This document shows, in pieces, positions 49,217 to 58,959 of a DNA stretch of 64,000 nucleotides (positions are counted from its first letter, which is position 1; each line of letters begins with the position of its first letter). The stretch lies in NCBI GenBank assembly GCA_937861125.1, contig CALMAY010000037.1, positions 4,941 through 68,940 on the forward strand, given 5' to 3'. The translations under genes were made by a program, and so were the position numbers. Source of the stretch: an uncultured bacterium. GTDB lineage: Bacteria > Patescibacteriota > Patescibacteriia > Magasanikbacterales > UBA922. The notes below the pieces were generated by a model. The model did no database searches. It saw only the letters and a program-made list of their open reading frames with translations, and was not told the origin of the DNA.

Positions 49217-50002
49217 ATGTTCCCCATACAAACCATTTTGAGCTATTTTTCCTTTACCCATCAGGAAGCTGAGATCTACCTCGCATCCCTCACGCTCGGA
49301 CGAGCGAGCCTGACAGAACTAGCCAAAAAAGTCGACAAACAACGCTCTGCTGTCTATTTTCATATCAAAAACCTTGTAAAAAAGGGGTTTCTTTTTGAGC
49401 ACAAGCAAGGCAATAAGCTCCTCTTTAGCCCAATATCACCAAGCGAACTCTCAAATGAATTCAGTCGACGAGTAGAGACATTTCAAACACACGTACCAAA
49501 CCTCGAAGCACTCAAGCAGATCGAGACAGACACACCCGCCATCACAGTACTCGAATCAAAAACCGGATACCTCAAAATTTACGAAGAAATTGCAGCGCTC
49601 CCGCCCAAAAGTATGTTTCGTGTCCTCGAAGGACGCACAGCACTCGCACATGAGCTCACCCTCTTTAGCAAAGAACAATGGGGTACTTTTTTTTCTACTA
49701 TTGTTGACAAAAAAATTGAAACAAAAGGATTGTTTACTCACGCATGTAGACGTATTCCACAAATGACATTCGACAAGGAAACACACCAAAAACTTACCAA
49801 ACGTATTTGGCACATGCGATTTATAGATGAAACAGTATTCCCGTTTGAAGACCTGATTATGATTTATGGCAATACTATTGCATTTATGTTTCCGCAATCA
49901 CGCCTAACAGTTAAAATAGTACACCGCGATATCGCACGACTTATGACACTCTTATTTGATACTGTCTATCTTACTGGTGTGCCAGATAACACACCGTGGT
50001 AA
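49217..50002 (+). CDS. TrmB-family transcriptional regulator
   Basis: FTHQEAEIYLASLTLGRASLTELAKKVDKQRSAVYFHIKNLVKKGFL is a TrmB-type wHTH. 261 aa. Confidence 0.75.
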   Translation: MFPIQTILSYFSFTHQEAEIYLASLTLGRASLTELAKKVDKQRSAVYFHIKNLVKKGFLFEHKQGNKLLFSPISPSELSNEFSRRVETFQTHVPNLEALKQIETDTPAITVLESKTGYLKIYEEIAALPPKSMFRVLEGRTALAHELTLFSKEQWGTFFSTIVDKKIETKGLFTHACRRIPQMTFDKETHQKLTKRIWHMRFIDETVFPFEDLIMIYGNTIAFMFPQSRLTVKIVHRDIARLMTLLFDTVYLTGVPDNTPW

Positions 50003-50071
50003 CATATACCATAATGTACCAAATATACATAATATGCTACACTTAACCCATATTATAATTTCAAAAAATAT

Positions 50072-51478
50072 ATGAAATATCGATTCCTCCTACCATATGC
50101 AGTTGCTAGCCTATGTATAACTATAAACTCCATACCAACTACAGCACTCGCGACAATTGATCCAAGTGTAAAAATAGACATGAAAAAAACTATCCAAGAA
50201 ATATATCAAGCTTCATCAATTACTGCAGATACAGTCATCCAACAACAATCTATATCACCAAAATACGAATATGTGCCAAGTACAAACGATACAGATGGCA
50301 CGTATGATCTCTTTAACTACACTTATAAAAAAACGGGAAATAAAAAAAATAATATAACCTATACCCTACACACAGAAAAAGATGCCAAAACAGATGCTTC
50401 ACACATAGCAGCATCTATCACAACAAAAACAGATACAGGAGAGAACACTGAAATTGAACTAGAAGCACGATTAGTCACAGATGATATATACCTAAACATT
50501 AAAAAACTAGATTTTACAAGCACTGGATCATCTGCACAGGAGACAGTCACCTACTCAGATCTACTAGATAGCTTTATCAACCAATGGATCCATATACCAA
50601 TCTCAACCGCTATCAAACGGTCAGACACATCTTTGCAACAAAAAGGAATTGGTGGACTAATCAAAGAAGACCTTACAAGTGATCAAAAAATTGCCCTACT
50701 ACACACACTTCTTGATTCCAAAGCAATCATAGTAAAACAAATACCAGACAGCAAAACTACTGCAACCCATATACATATCACGATTGTAAAAAAACACATA
50801 CCAACACTTATCAACAACATAAGCCCAATTCTGGGCGAACCAACTCTCACAGGTGCAGAAAAAAAAGCCCTCCGCAAAGCATTGCTCAAATTTAAACCAC
50901 CAACAATAGATCTATGGATCAACACAGATACACACTTACCTGAAAAAATGATTGTACAAGGTACATGGAACTCACTAAAACAAAACACATACTCAAACCG
51001 CCTCAGTGGCTCCCGTGGTACATACACCATAGAAACAGTGTGGAGTAATTGGGGAAACAAGATCACCATTACACCTCCAAGTTCTTCTAAGACATTTGAA
51101 CAAATACTCAATCAATTATTTACAAGCGACAATACGACACAAAACACAGCAAGCCTCGATGCACAACGCATTACTGATATACGACAGGTCCAAACTGCAT
51201 TAGAGCTATACTATGCAGACCAATCACATTATCCAGCTGCAACACAACCAATCGTACTTGGAAAATCGTCTACAATATGTCTCAATAAGACAGGATTTAG
51301 TGCATACGGATGCACAGCACCATACATGTCCATTGTCCCAAGTGATCCAGGCACATACACATATATATATCAATCATCTGGCGGGGCCGAATATACACTC
51401 ACAGCAATACTCGATGACAATCTGGGTAACCTCAATGCAGGTGTTATCACCGCTACACCAAATGGCCTACGAAACTAA
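50072..51478 (+). CDS. secreted protein with a C-terminal pilin-like globular domain
   Basis: Signal peptide. The C-terminus DAQRITDIRQVQTALELYYADQSHYP...C...C...YTYIYQSSGGAEYTLTAILD matches the post-helix part of CPR type IV pilins, but without the N-terminal prepilin helix. Confidence 0.55.
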   Translation: MKYRFLLPYAVASLCITINSIPTTALATIDPSVKIDMKKTIQEIYQASSITADTVIQQQSISPKYEYVPSTNDTDGTYDLFNYTYKKTGNKKNNITYTLHTEKDAKTDASHIAASITTKTDTGENTEIELEARLVTDDIYLNIKKLDFTSTGSSAQETVTYSDLLDSFINQWIHIPISTAIKRSDTSLQQKGIGGLIKEDLTSDQKIALLHTLLDSKAIIVKQIPDSKTTATHIHITIVKKHIPTLINNISPILGEPTLTGAEKKALRKALLKFKPPTIDLWINTDTHLPEKMIVQGTWNSLKQNTYSNRLSGSRGTYTIETVWSNWGNKITITPPSSSKTFEQILNQLFTSDNTTQNTASLDAQRITDIRQVQTALELYYADQSHYPAATQPIVLGKSSTICLNKTGFSAYGCTAPYMSIVPSDPGTYTYIYQSSGGAEYTLTAILDDNLGNLNAGVITATPNGLRN

Positions 51479-51584
51479 ATAAATATCAAAACATCCTTTA
51501 CAGGGATGTTTTATGTTACCGCAAAAAAAATACATATTATGTTCTTTGCCAAAATATGCTATACTACATATATATTACATCTCT

Positions 51585-52661
51585 ATGCGCCACGCACCCC
51601 AATCATCCAAAGTCAACTTTCTCTCCGTACGATCATTTTTCTTTTTTGCACTGATCGTGCTATTTGGCATTAGCATATTGTACATTTTTCAACCCTTTAT
51701 ATACCCACTGTTTTGGGCAGCAGTAATTGCTACTATTTTTCATCCTGTGTACGCATATGTAGCCAAACACTCAAAACTCCCAAGTGTCAGCTCAGCACTC
51801 ACACTTATTTTAGTAGTTGCAACGTTATTTATTCCACTCCTTGGTATATCTATTTTGGTCGTCCAACAATCTCTCAACCTCTACACCATCGTCGCGCAAA
51901 GTGGATACCAATTTTCTGTCGGTGACGCTACTGGCTGGATCGCGCAAACCCCTTTGGCACCATACCACACCATGATCGTGGATCAATTTCAAGCACACGC
52001 AGGAGACATAGCAAAAAACGTGACATCATTTATCATTCAAAACTTTACAACCATCACACAAGTATCTGCGACATTCATATTTCAGTTTTGTATCATGATG
52101 TACTCGCTCTATTATTTTCTCAAAGATGGTGAAAGAATTGTACAACGCATTGTCCACCTCTCTCCACTTGGAGATACCTACGAGCAACTCCTCTTTACCA
52201 AATTTATCTCCACATCACGTGCAACACTCAAAAGCACACTCATAATTGGTGGTGTCCAAGGCACACTTGGTGGACTACTCTTTTTCTTTACTGGTATTCC
52301 CGCACCGATTGTCTGGGGGATCGTCATGATAGCTTTTTCTATTATCCCTGGACTAGGTTCATTTGTAGTATGGTTTCCTACAGCCCTCATAGTACTCCTA
52401 ATGGGAAACATACAGACAGGAATTATACTGCTTATCGGTGGATCTATCATTAGTATGGTCGACAACCTCCTGCGTCCACCGCTCTTGGGCCGTGACACAC
52501 AGTTGCACCCACTTGTCGTCCTCCTCTCAACACTTGGTGGTATTTTCCTTTTTGGTGTCTCTGGATTCATCATTGGCCCAGTCCTGGCAGCGCTCTTTAT
52601 CGCCGTTATTGATATGTACGACCACTACTATAAAGATGAACTTACACACAACAAAAACTAA
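51585..52661 (+). CDS. AI-2E family (PerM/UPF0118) transporter
   Basis: LRPPLLGRDTQLHPLVVLLSTLGGIFLFGVSGFIIGPVLAALF is the family signature. I chose the start at MRHAPQ (51585). Confidence 0.85.
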   Translation: MRHAPQSSKVNFLSVRSFFFFALIVLFGISILYIFQPFIYPLFWAAVIATIFHPVYAYVAKHSKLPSVSSALTLILVVATLFIPLLGISILVVQQSLNLYTIVAQSGYQFSVGDATGWIAQTPLAPYHTMIVDQFQAHAGDIAKNVTSFIIQNFTTITQVSATFIFQFCIMMYSLYYFLKDGERIVQRIVHLSPLGDTYEQLLFTKFISTSRATLKSTLIIGGVQGTLGGLLFFFTGIPAPIVWGIVMIAFSIIPGLGSFVVWFPTALIVLLMGNIQTGIILLIGGSIISMVDNLLRPPLLGRDTQLHPLVVLLSTLGGIFLFGVSGFIIGPVLAALFIAVIDMYDHYYKDELTHNKN

Positions 52662-52685
52662 TACTTACTTTATCTTGGAGGAGAT

Positions 52686-55600
52686 ATGAGACACCACACT
52701 TCTTACACACTCACGTTGCTCGTATTGCTCGTGAGTGTTTTTTATTTTATTCAAAATGCTCGTGCTACCTCGAGTGATATCCACATCAACGAGATCGCCG
52801 CATTTGAATCTACTGGAAATGAATGGATTGAAATTGTAAATAATGGATCTGAACCGATAGAACTCACAGGCTGGAAATTTGTCGAAGCAGGGGTCAATCA
52901 CGGACTTACTCTCGCACAAGGATCTGATATGGTTCTTGGACCAGACGAATATGCAATTATTACCCAAGATGCCACGGTATTTGTTGCTGCATACCCAAAT
53001 GTCACGGTACGTATTTTTGATAGTTCTTGGGGTACACTCAACGAAAGTGGTGAACTCATTGGACTTCGTGACGCAAATGGAAACATGGTTGAAGAGTTTA
53101 CATATGTTAGTGCACCTGATTTTTCACTCGAACGAAAAGAAAATATATCAGACTACACAGCATCAAACTGGATACAGCACCCAAATGGACAGACTGCCGG
53201 CACAGAGAACTACTGGACGACCAATGAACCAACCGAACCTATTGATACTGCTCCTGTTTCTATTATCACCGCGCCAAACTCTGGATCGATCAATGTACCA
53301 ATCTCGTTTGACGGCAGCGCTTCCACTGATGACATAGGTGTCGTCACATATACCTGGGACTTTGGCGACGGAACCACAGAGAACTTAGCCACAGTACAGC
53401 ACACATATACGACAGCTAGTACATATACCGTTACACTCACTGTCTCAGACCTCGCACTCCAAACACACACGACGAGTCACGCTATTACTATCACAGACAC
53501 AAGCACGACAACACCGCCTACTGGTTTGGCAACAGATATTCGTATCAATGAAATTGTCTCTGATCCACAAACAGAAGATGAGTGGATAGAACTCTACAAT
53601 ACCAGTGCAAGCAATGTCTCACTAGTTGGATGCACGCTTTTAGACGGAGTAGGTACAATTGCAACACTGACAGAGAACGTGTCAGCAAATGAATTTATCG
53701 TATACGAACTAACTAGTGCAAAACTCAACAATGCTGGTGACATAGTACAACTCAGCTGTAATAACATTATTATCGACTCAGTATCCTATGGTACTTGGGA
53801 TGACGGAGATACAAGCAACAACGCACCCACACCAACCAAAGGAGAAAGTATTATCCGTTTTCCAAATGGGACTGATTCAAATAACGACTCAATAGATTGG
53901 ACCAAAACAACAACTATAACGAAACAAGCACCTAATACACAAACAAATGTATCTTCCAACGCAAGTACATCAACCTCTCAACAGGGTGGTGGAAGCAGTG
54001 CCCCAACACCACCTCCCACGTTTGCCCCAAGCACACTCATCATCAATGAATTTGTCAGTGACCCAGGAGATGAAGGAGTTGAATTTATTGAACTCTACAA
54101 TCGCACAGCTACAGCCATTGATCTCACACGTTGGTATATAGAAGATGGGAGCGAAGCAAAAACTGCACTTACTGGTACTATCAATGGATTTGGATATATC
54201 GTCATTGAGTCACCAAAAGGACAACTCAATAACGCAGGTGATCAAATTACCCTCTATGACCCATCAGACAGAGAAATAGACCGTGTCACCTATGGCACGT
54301 GGGATGATGGAAACACAAGTGACAACGCACCAGCACCAAACGATCCATACAGTCTCGCCCGCAAAACCAATGGTCAAGATGCAGATAACGATCTCTATGA
54401 TTTTATCAAGACAGATACAATCACCAAAGGGAAATCAAATATCATCACCAACACAAATGCAAATCCAGATGAGCTCCTCCAAACAATTACCCAAGCACCC
54501 GCCAATACCAAAAGTATTGTCATAAATGAAATCTACCCAAACCCACCGGGAAGCGATAATGATGATGAATTTATAGAAATCAAAAATATAGGTACTGAAA
54601 CCATCTCGCTCACTGGGTGGAAACTTCAGGACGGGAGTAGCAGTGGAGGATACACACTTCCCGCTACAACACTCCCACCAAACGGGCTCATCGTCATCAA
54701 ACGCACACAGAGTACTCTCGCACTCAACAATAGTGGTGGCGAAGATGTGCGACTATCCCTAAACAACGGTGCACTCGTCACCAAAGTAAGTTATACCGGT
54801 AGTGTCGCGGATAACATGAGTTATAGCCGCACAACAGATGGAAATTACGTATGGAGTACCGTCGCCACACCAAATAAAGAAAACATCATTGCCGCAAAAA
54901 ATAGCGCACCAAAAGTACTTTTTGATGCAGACACAGATGTACTGGTTGGTGAGACAATTTCATTTGACGCATCAGATACAACCGATTCAGATACCGACAC
55001 CCTAACTTTTATTTGGGACTTTGGTGACGGAGAAAGTGCGACAGGTGACGCAGTCGAACATGTCTACATGAAACGCGGCATCTACACCGCCAAACTCCAA
55101 GTCACTGACTCACAAAAAAATACCGTTGAAAAACGAGCAGTCATCACTGTTCGTGAAGACGAAGGAGATACAGAGATACTCATGAGCAGTGAACTACCGC
55201 CGGGCCTGCGTATCAATGAAATATTCCCAAATCCAACTGGCTCAGATGATGCTGAATTTATCGAGCTCTACAATGATAGTGACGAGACAATCACCCTCTC
55301 AGGACTCAAGCTGGATGACGAAGACGGTGGCTCGCGACCATTTGTCTTTGACGACGACACCTTTATAGAATCCGGAGAATACCGTGTCTTTGGAAAATCA
55401 GAAACCAAGCTGGCACTCAATAACACCAATGATAGTATCCGGCTCCTCGATGGAAGCAATAGCGTGCTTACAAGTGTTGACTTTGACGGAGTTATTGAAG
55501 GTGCAAGTTACTCATTCACCACAGATGACATATGGCAATGGTCGAGTAAACCAACTCCAGGAGCAAAAAATAATGCGACACTCGCAAAAGAAAAAGGAGT

Positions 55601-56399
55601 ACGAAAAACAAAAAAGACAAAAACAGGTGGTGCCGTTATCAGTACAACACTAGACAAAGTACGCGAAGAAGATGTCGGTGACCGTGTACAAGTCACTGGA
55701 GTAGTTGCTGTACTTCCTGATATTTTTGGGACACAGTACTTTTATATTGTCGGCGAACAAACACCACCTGCCAGCGGCATTCAAATATACTCGTACAAAA
55801 AAGATTTTCCCAACCTCTCAGTAGGTGATATCATTACCGTCACTGGAGAGATTTCTGAATCAAACGGAGAAACGAGAATCAAAACTAGTGAACAATCAGA
55901 TATGGTTCAGTCAGGAACGACGCTAAATATTGTAGCCTTTCCTCTTGAAACCACAGAAATTGGAGAGTCAGTAGAAGGTGCATTTATTCGAGTAAGCGGC
56001 GAAGTGACAGAGAAAAAAGCGTCATATCTGTATCTCGACGATGGTGTAGGGGAAATAAAAATATACTTTAAGAAAAATACTGGTTTAAGCGGTTCAGAAT
56101 TTCAAGTAGGTCAAAAAATTACTGTATCAGGAATTGTCAGCGAGACACGCAGCGGCTATCAGCTCATGCCACGAGATATCACTGACATCACATACGAACA
56201 AGCAGTAGAAAAACTAGATATAGAGACTAACAGTACACACTCTTCATCAGTAGCAGAGACATATCTCACTGCAACAGCGGGAGGTCTGACATCAATTCTT
56301 TTGGGTCTTCTTGCCAAAGCACGCGGCGCTGTCGCGCTTGCTTTTTTGAAACGTGTTGGAAACATTGCACTAGCGCTTGTAAAAATAAAACGCGGATGA
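52686..56399 (+). CDS. giant surface protein: 5 lamin-tail domains, 2 PKD domains, 2 OB-fold-like domains and a C-terminal TM anchor
   Basis: Five LTD signatures (INEI..x..EWIEL/FIEL.N......L.GW.L.D) begin near aa 33, 285, 452, 612 and 845. There are two PKD motifs, TYTWDFGDGTT...YTVTLTVSD and FIWDFGDGES...YTAKLQVTD. Also has a signal peptide and a C-terminal hydrophobic anchor. Confidence 0.8.
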   Translation: MRHHTSYTLTLLVLLVSVFYFIQNARATSSDIHINEIAAFESTGNEWIEIVNNGSEPIELTGWKFVEAGVNHGLTLAQGSDMVLGPDEYAIITQDATVFVAAYPNVTVRIFDSSWGTLNESGELIGLRDANGNMVEEFTYVSAPDFSLERKENISDYTASNWIQHPNGQTAGTENYWTTNEPTEPIDTAPVSIITAPNSGSINVPISFDGSASTDDIGVVTYTWDFGDGTTENLATVQHTYTTASTYTVTLTVSDLALQTHTTSHAITITDTSTTTPPTGLATDIRINEIVSDPQTEDEWIELYNTSASNVSLVGCTLLDGVGTIATLTENVSANEFIVYELTSAKLNNAGDIVQLSCNNIIIDSVSYGTWDDGDTSNNAPTPTKGESIIRFPNGTDSNNDSIDWTKTTTITKQAPNTQTNVSSNASTSTSQQGGGSSAPTPPPTFAPSTLIINEFVSDPGDEGVEFIELYNRTATAIDLTRWYIEDGSEAKTALTGTINGFGYIVIESPKGQLNNAGDQITLYDPSDREIDRVTYGTWDDGNTSDNAPAPNDPYSLARKTNGQDADNDLYDFIKTDTITKGKSNIITNTNANPDELLQTITQAPANTKSIVINEIYPNPPGSDNDDEFIEIKNIGTETISLTGWKLQDGSSSGGYTLPATTLPPNGLIVIKRTQSTLALNNSGGEDVRLSLNNGALVTKVSYTGSVADNMSYSRTTDGNYVWSTVATPNKENIIAAKNSAPKVLFDADTDVLVGETISFDASDTTDSDTDTLTFIWDFGDGESATGDAVEHVYMKRGIYTAKLQVTDSQKNTVEKRAVITVREDEGDTEILMSSELPPGLRINEIFPNPTGSDDAEFIELYNDSDETITLSGLKLDDEDGGSRPFVFDDDTFIESGEYRVFGKSETKLALNNTNDSIRLLDGSNSVLTSVDFDGVIEGASYSFTTDDIWQWSSKPTPGAKNNATLAKEKGVRKTKKTKTGGAVISTTLDKVREEDVGDRVQVTGVVAVLPDIFGTQYFYIVGEQTPPASGIQIYSYKKDFPNLSVGDIITVTGEISESNGETRIKTSEQSDMVQSGTTLNIVAFPLETTEIGESVEGAFIRVSGEVTEKKASYLYLDDGVGEIKIYFKKNTGLSGSEFQVGQKITVSGIVSETRSGYQLMPRDITDITYEQAVEKLDIETNSTHSSSVAETYLTATAGGLTSILLGLLAKARGAVALAFLKRVGNIALALVKIKRG

Positions 56400-56470
56400 T
56401 ACATAGGACATGCAATTATATTTGTTACATGTTATATGTTACACGGCACATGTGATATAATACATCCACT

Positions 56471-58150
56471 ATGATTCAAAATGTTTTTTTTGATGTAAGC
56501 ATCTTACTTGCCCTCACCATCACTATCGCATTTATCGTGCGACTCCTCCGTCAACCGATGATTGTCTCGTATCTGATTGCTGGTATTTTTGCAGGACCAG
56601 TATTTTTTAATTTACTTCATGGAAGTCATGAAATATTTGAAGCGCTTGCACAGTTTGGTGTTCTCCTTCTCCTATTCATGTTGGGTCTGAGTCTCAACAT
56701 GGAACATATCAAAAAAATAGGGAAAATAGCAACTATCGCAGGTGTTACACAGGTCATATTTACAGCAGCAATTGGATTTCTCATCTTACGCGCCCTAGGA
56801 ATTGACCCAACCGCAAGCGCCTATCTTGCAGTAGCAATCACATTCTCGAGTACTATCGTCATCGTCAAACTCCTCTCAGACAAAAAAGATCTCGAGACTG
56901 TCTACGGGCGCTATGTAGTCGGCGTCATGATTATCCAAGACATTGTTGCTATCCTCGCCCTTCTCCTCCTCTCTGTATTTGGAGGTGAACAAGCACTCAG
57001 TACAGCACTTGGACTTTTTGTTGCCAAAGCATGTGTCCTACTGGTTGGTATTACATTTTTAGCTCGCATTGTTCTCCCACGTCTCGTCAACTATATTGCT
57101 AGCTCAGCTGAATTTCTCTTTCTCTTTACTATTACCTGGTGTTTTCTCGTTGCGACGAGCCTCTCCGCTCTAGGCTTCTCACCTGAGATCGGTGCGATTG
57201 CCGCTGGTCTCACACTCGGATCCTCTCCGTACCAGCCACAGATTATCAGTCGTATCAAGCCACTCCGCGACTTCTTTTTGGTTATCTTCTTCCTCATGCT
57301 TGGTGGCAACCTCTCGTTTGATAGTATTGGTGAATCCATTATCCCAGGACTTATTATTTCAGCATTTGTCTTGTTTGGAAATCCATTTATTTTTTATCAC
57401 ACCTTCCGTCGCTTGAAATTTACTCGACGCAATAGTTTCCTCGCCGGTATTACCGCAGCACAAGTCAGTGAATTTGGATTTATCCTCCTCGTTGCAGGCG
57501 TCTCATATGGGCACATTACTGGTAGCACTGAGCTTCCCATCTTTACTATTGTGGCATTGATTACTATCATCTGCTCTTCATATGCTATCACATATGGAGA
57601 CGCACTCTATCGTCTACTCTCACCACTCTTCAAACTCTTTGGGCCTGACAAATATGTGCAGGCACAACAAAAACCAGAATCATACCACACTCTCGTTGTT
57701 GGATACCACCGCATGGGCAAACGCATTGTCACTACATTACAAAAAAAGAAACAAACATTTGCTGTACTTGACTACAATCCAGAAAATATACGTGCACTAT
57801 CAAACAAAAGTATCCCACATTTTTTTGGAGATATCGCAGATGTTGAATTCCTTGATATTGTACCATTCAGTGAAGCAAAACTAATTATCTCAACAGTACC
57901 AACAACTGACGACTCAATTACACTTCTCAAACACATCAAAGCAAACAATAAAAAAGCAATTATTATTGTGACCGTATCAAGCGAAAAAGACATCCCACTT
58001 CTCTACTCACATGGCGCATCATACGTCATGATGCCACATCTCCTTGGTAGTCACTTTATCTCAGATGTACTCCACAAAAAGGAATGGACCAAAAAAACAT
58101 TTGAGCTACTCAAAAAAGAACAGAAAAAAGATTTAGAACAGCATGGTTAA
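56471..58150 (+). CDS. CPA2 (Kef-type) cation:proton antiporter with a C-terminal RCK/TrkA-N domain
   Basis: About 12 TM helices, then HTLVVGYHRMGKRIVTTL (Rossmann GxGxxG-like). 559 aa. Confidence 0.85.
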   Translation: MIQNVFFDVSILLALTITIAFIVRLLRQPMIVSYLIAGIFAGPVFFNLLHGSHEIFEALAQFGVLLLLFMLGLSLNMEHIKKIGKIATIAGVTQVIFTAAIGFLILRALGIDPTASAYLAVAITFSSTIVIVKLLSDKKDLETVYGRYVVGVMIIQDIVAILALLLLSVFGGEQALSTALGLFVAKACVLLVGITFLARIVLPRLVNYIASSAEFLFLFTITWCFLVATSLSALGFSPEIGAIAAGLTLGSSPYQPQIISRIKPLRDFFLVIFFLMLGGNLSFDSIGESIIPGLIISAFVLFGNPFIFYHTFRRLKFTRRNSFLAGITAAQVSEFGFILLVAGVSYGHITGSTELPIFTIVALITIICSSYAITYGDALYRLLSPLFKLFGPDKYVQAQQKPESYHTLVVGYHRMGKRIVTTLQKKKQTFAVLDYNPENIRALSNKSIPHFFGDIADVEFLDIVPFSEAKLIISTVPTTDDSITLLKHIKANNKKAIIIVTVSSEKDIPLLYSHGASYVMMPHLLGSHFISDVLHKKEWTKKTFELLKKEQKKDLEQHG

Positions 58151-58157
58151 TATATAT

Positions 58158-58191
58158 CAAAAAACACTCTCGAGAATATCGAGAGTGTTTT
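58158..58191. terminator. bidirectional terminator (kef-like gene / tRNA cluster)
   Basis: Perfect 11-bp stem AACACTCTCGA-GAATA-TCGAGAGTGTT flanked by A and T runs. Confidence 0.75.
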
Positions 58192-58197
58192 AGTGTG

Positions 58198-58270
58198 TCG
58201 GGGCGATAGGACTTGAACCTACGGCCTCATGGTCCCAAACCACGCGCTCTACCAACTGAGCTACGCCCCG
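58198..58270 (-). tRNA. tRNA-Pro(UGG)
   Basis: Reverse complement: CGGGGCG-UA-GCUC..GAGC-G-CGUGG-UUUGGGA-CCAUG-AGGCC-GUAGG-UUCAAGU-CCUAU-CGCCCCG-A. Confidence 0.9.
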
Positions 58271-58287
58271 GTAATACTATACGGAAG

Positions 58288-58359
58288 TGCCTGGGGCCAG
58301 GATCGAACTGGCGACACAAGGCTCTTCAGGCCTCTGCTCTACCACTGAGCTACCCAGGC
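58288..58359 (-). tRNA. tRNA-Phe(GAA)
   Basis: Reverse complement: GCCUGGG-UA-GCUCAGUGGUAGAGC-A-GAGGC-CUGAAGA-GCCUU-GUGUC-GCCAG-UUCGAUC-CUGGC-CCCAGGC-A. Confidence 0.9.
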
Positions 58360-58367
58360 GTTTGTTG

Positions 58368-58440
58368 TGGACCTTACCGGGATCGAACCGGTCACCTCCG
58401 CATTGCAAATGCGGCGCTCTACCAGATGAGCTAAAGGCCC
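58368..58440 (-). tRNA. tRNA-Ala(UGC)
   Basis: Reverse complement: GGGCCUU-UA-GCUCAUCUGGUAGAGC-G-CCGCA-UUUGCAA-UGCGG-AGGUG-ACCGG-UUCGAUC-CCGGU-AAGGUCC-A. The G3:U70 identity pair is present. Confidence 0.9.
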
Positions 58441-58457
58441 GTAAAACAAGTGACATC

Positions 58458-58486
58458 AGTGTACCAGTCTCTTTATTTTTTGTCAA
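58458..58486 (-). promoter_or_regulatory. promoter of the tRNA-Ala/Phe/Pro cluster
   Basis: The minus strand reads TTGACA-N17-TACACT, 18 nt upstream of tRNA-Ala. Confidence 0.6.
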
Positions 58487-58558
58487 TATCAATCGATACA
58501 CAGGAAGATGTAACCATGATATACTACCACATATTCTTTATCTCTCACAAGAGCCTAT

Positions 58559-58954
58559 ATGAAACCAGTAATTCTCACCCTCACTACACTCAGCATTATG
58601 CTCATCTTGGATGGCATCTGGCTTGGACTTGTTGCTAAACAATTTTATAGCACCCACATAGGACACCTCATGTCTAGTCAAGTCAACTGGAGCGCAGCAA
58701 TTGTGTTTTACCTTCTTTTTGGATTCTCACTCGTCTTTTTGATTCTCCTCCCACACCAAAACGCACCGCTAACAACCATTGCACTCTACGCAGCACTCTT
58801 TGGTGTTGCCTGCTACGGGACATATGATCTCACCAATATGGCCACGCTCAAAAACTGGCCTCTTATTGTCACAGTAGTTGATATGATCTGGGGTGCGACT
58901 ATTACCACAATCACCGCTGTGGGAGCTACATATCTCTCACGTTTCTTTGGCTAA
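58559..58954 (+). CDS. small 4-TM membrane protein (DUF2177-like)
   Basis: 131 aa. The LDGIWLGLVAKQFY motif and topology resemble DUF2177. Confidence 0.55.
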   Translation: MKPVILTLTTLSIMLILDGIWLGLVAKQFYSTHIGHLMSSQVNWSAAIVFYLLFGFSLVFLILLPHQNAPLTTIALYAALFGVACYGTYDLTNMATLKNWPLIVTVVDMIWGATITTITAVGATYLSRFFG

Positions 58955-58959
58955 ACAGT

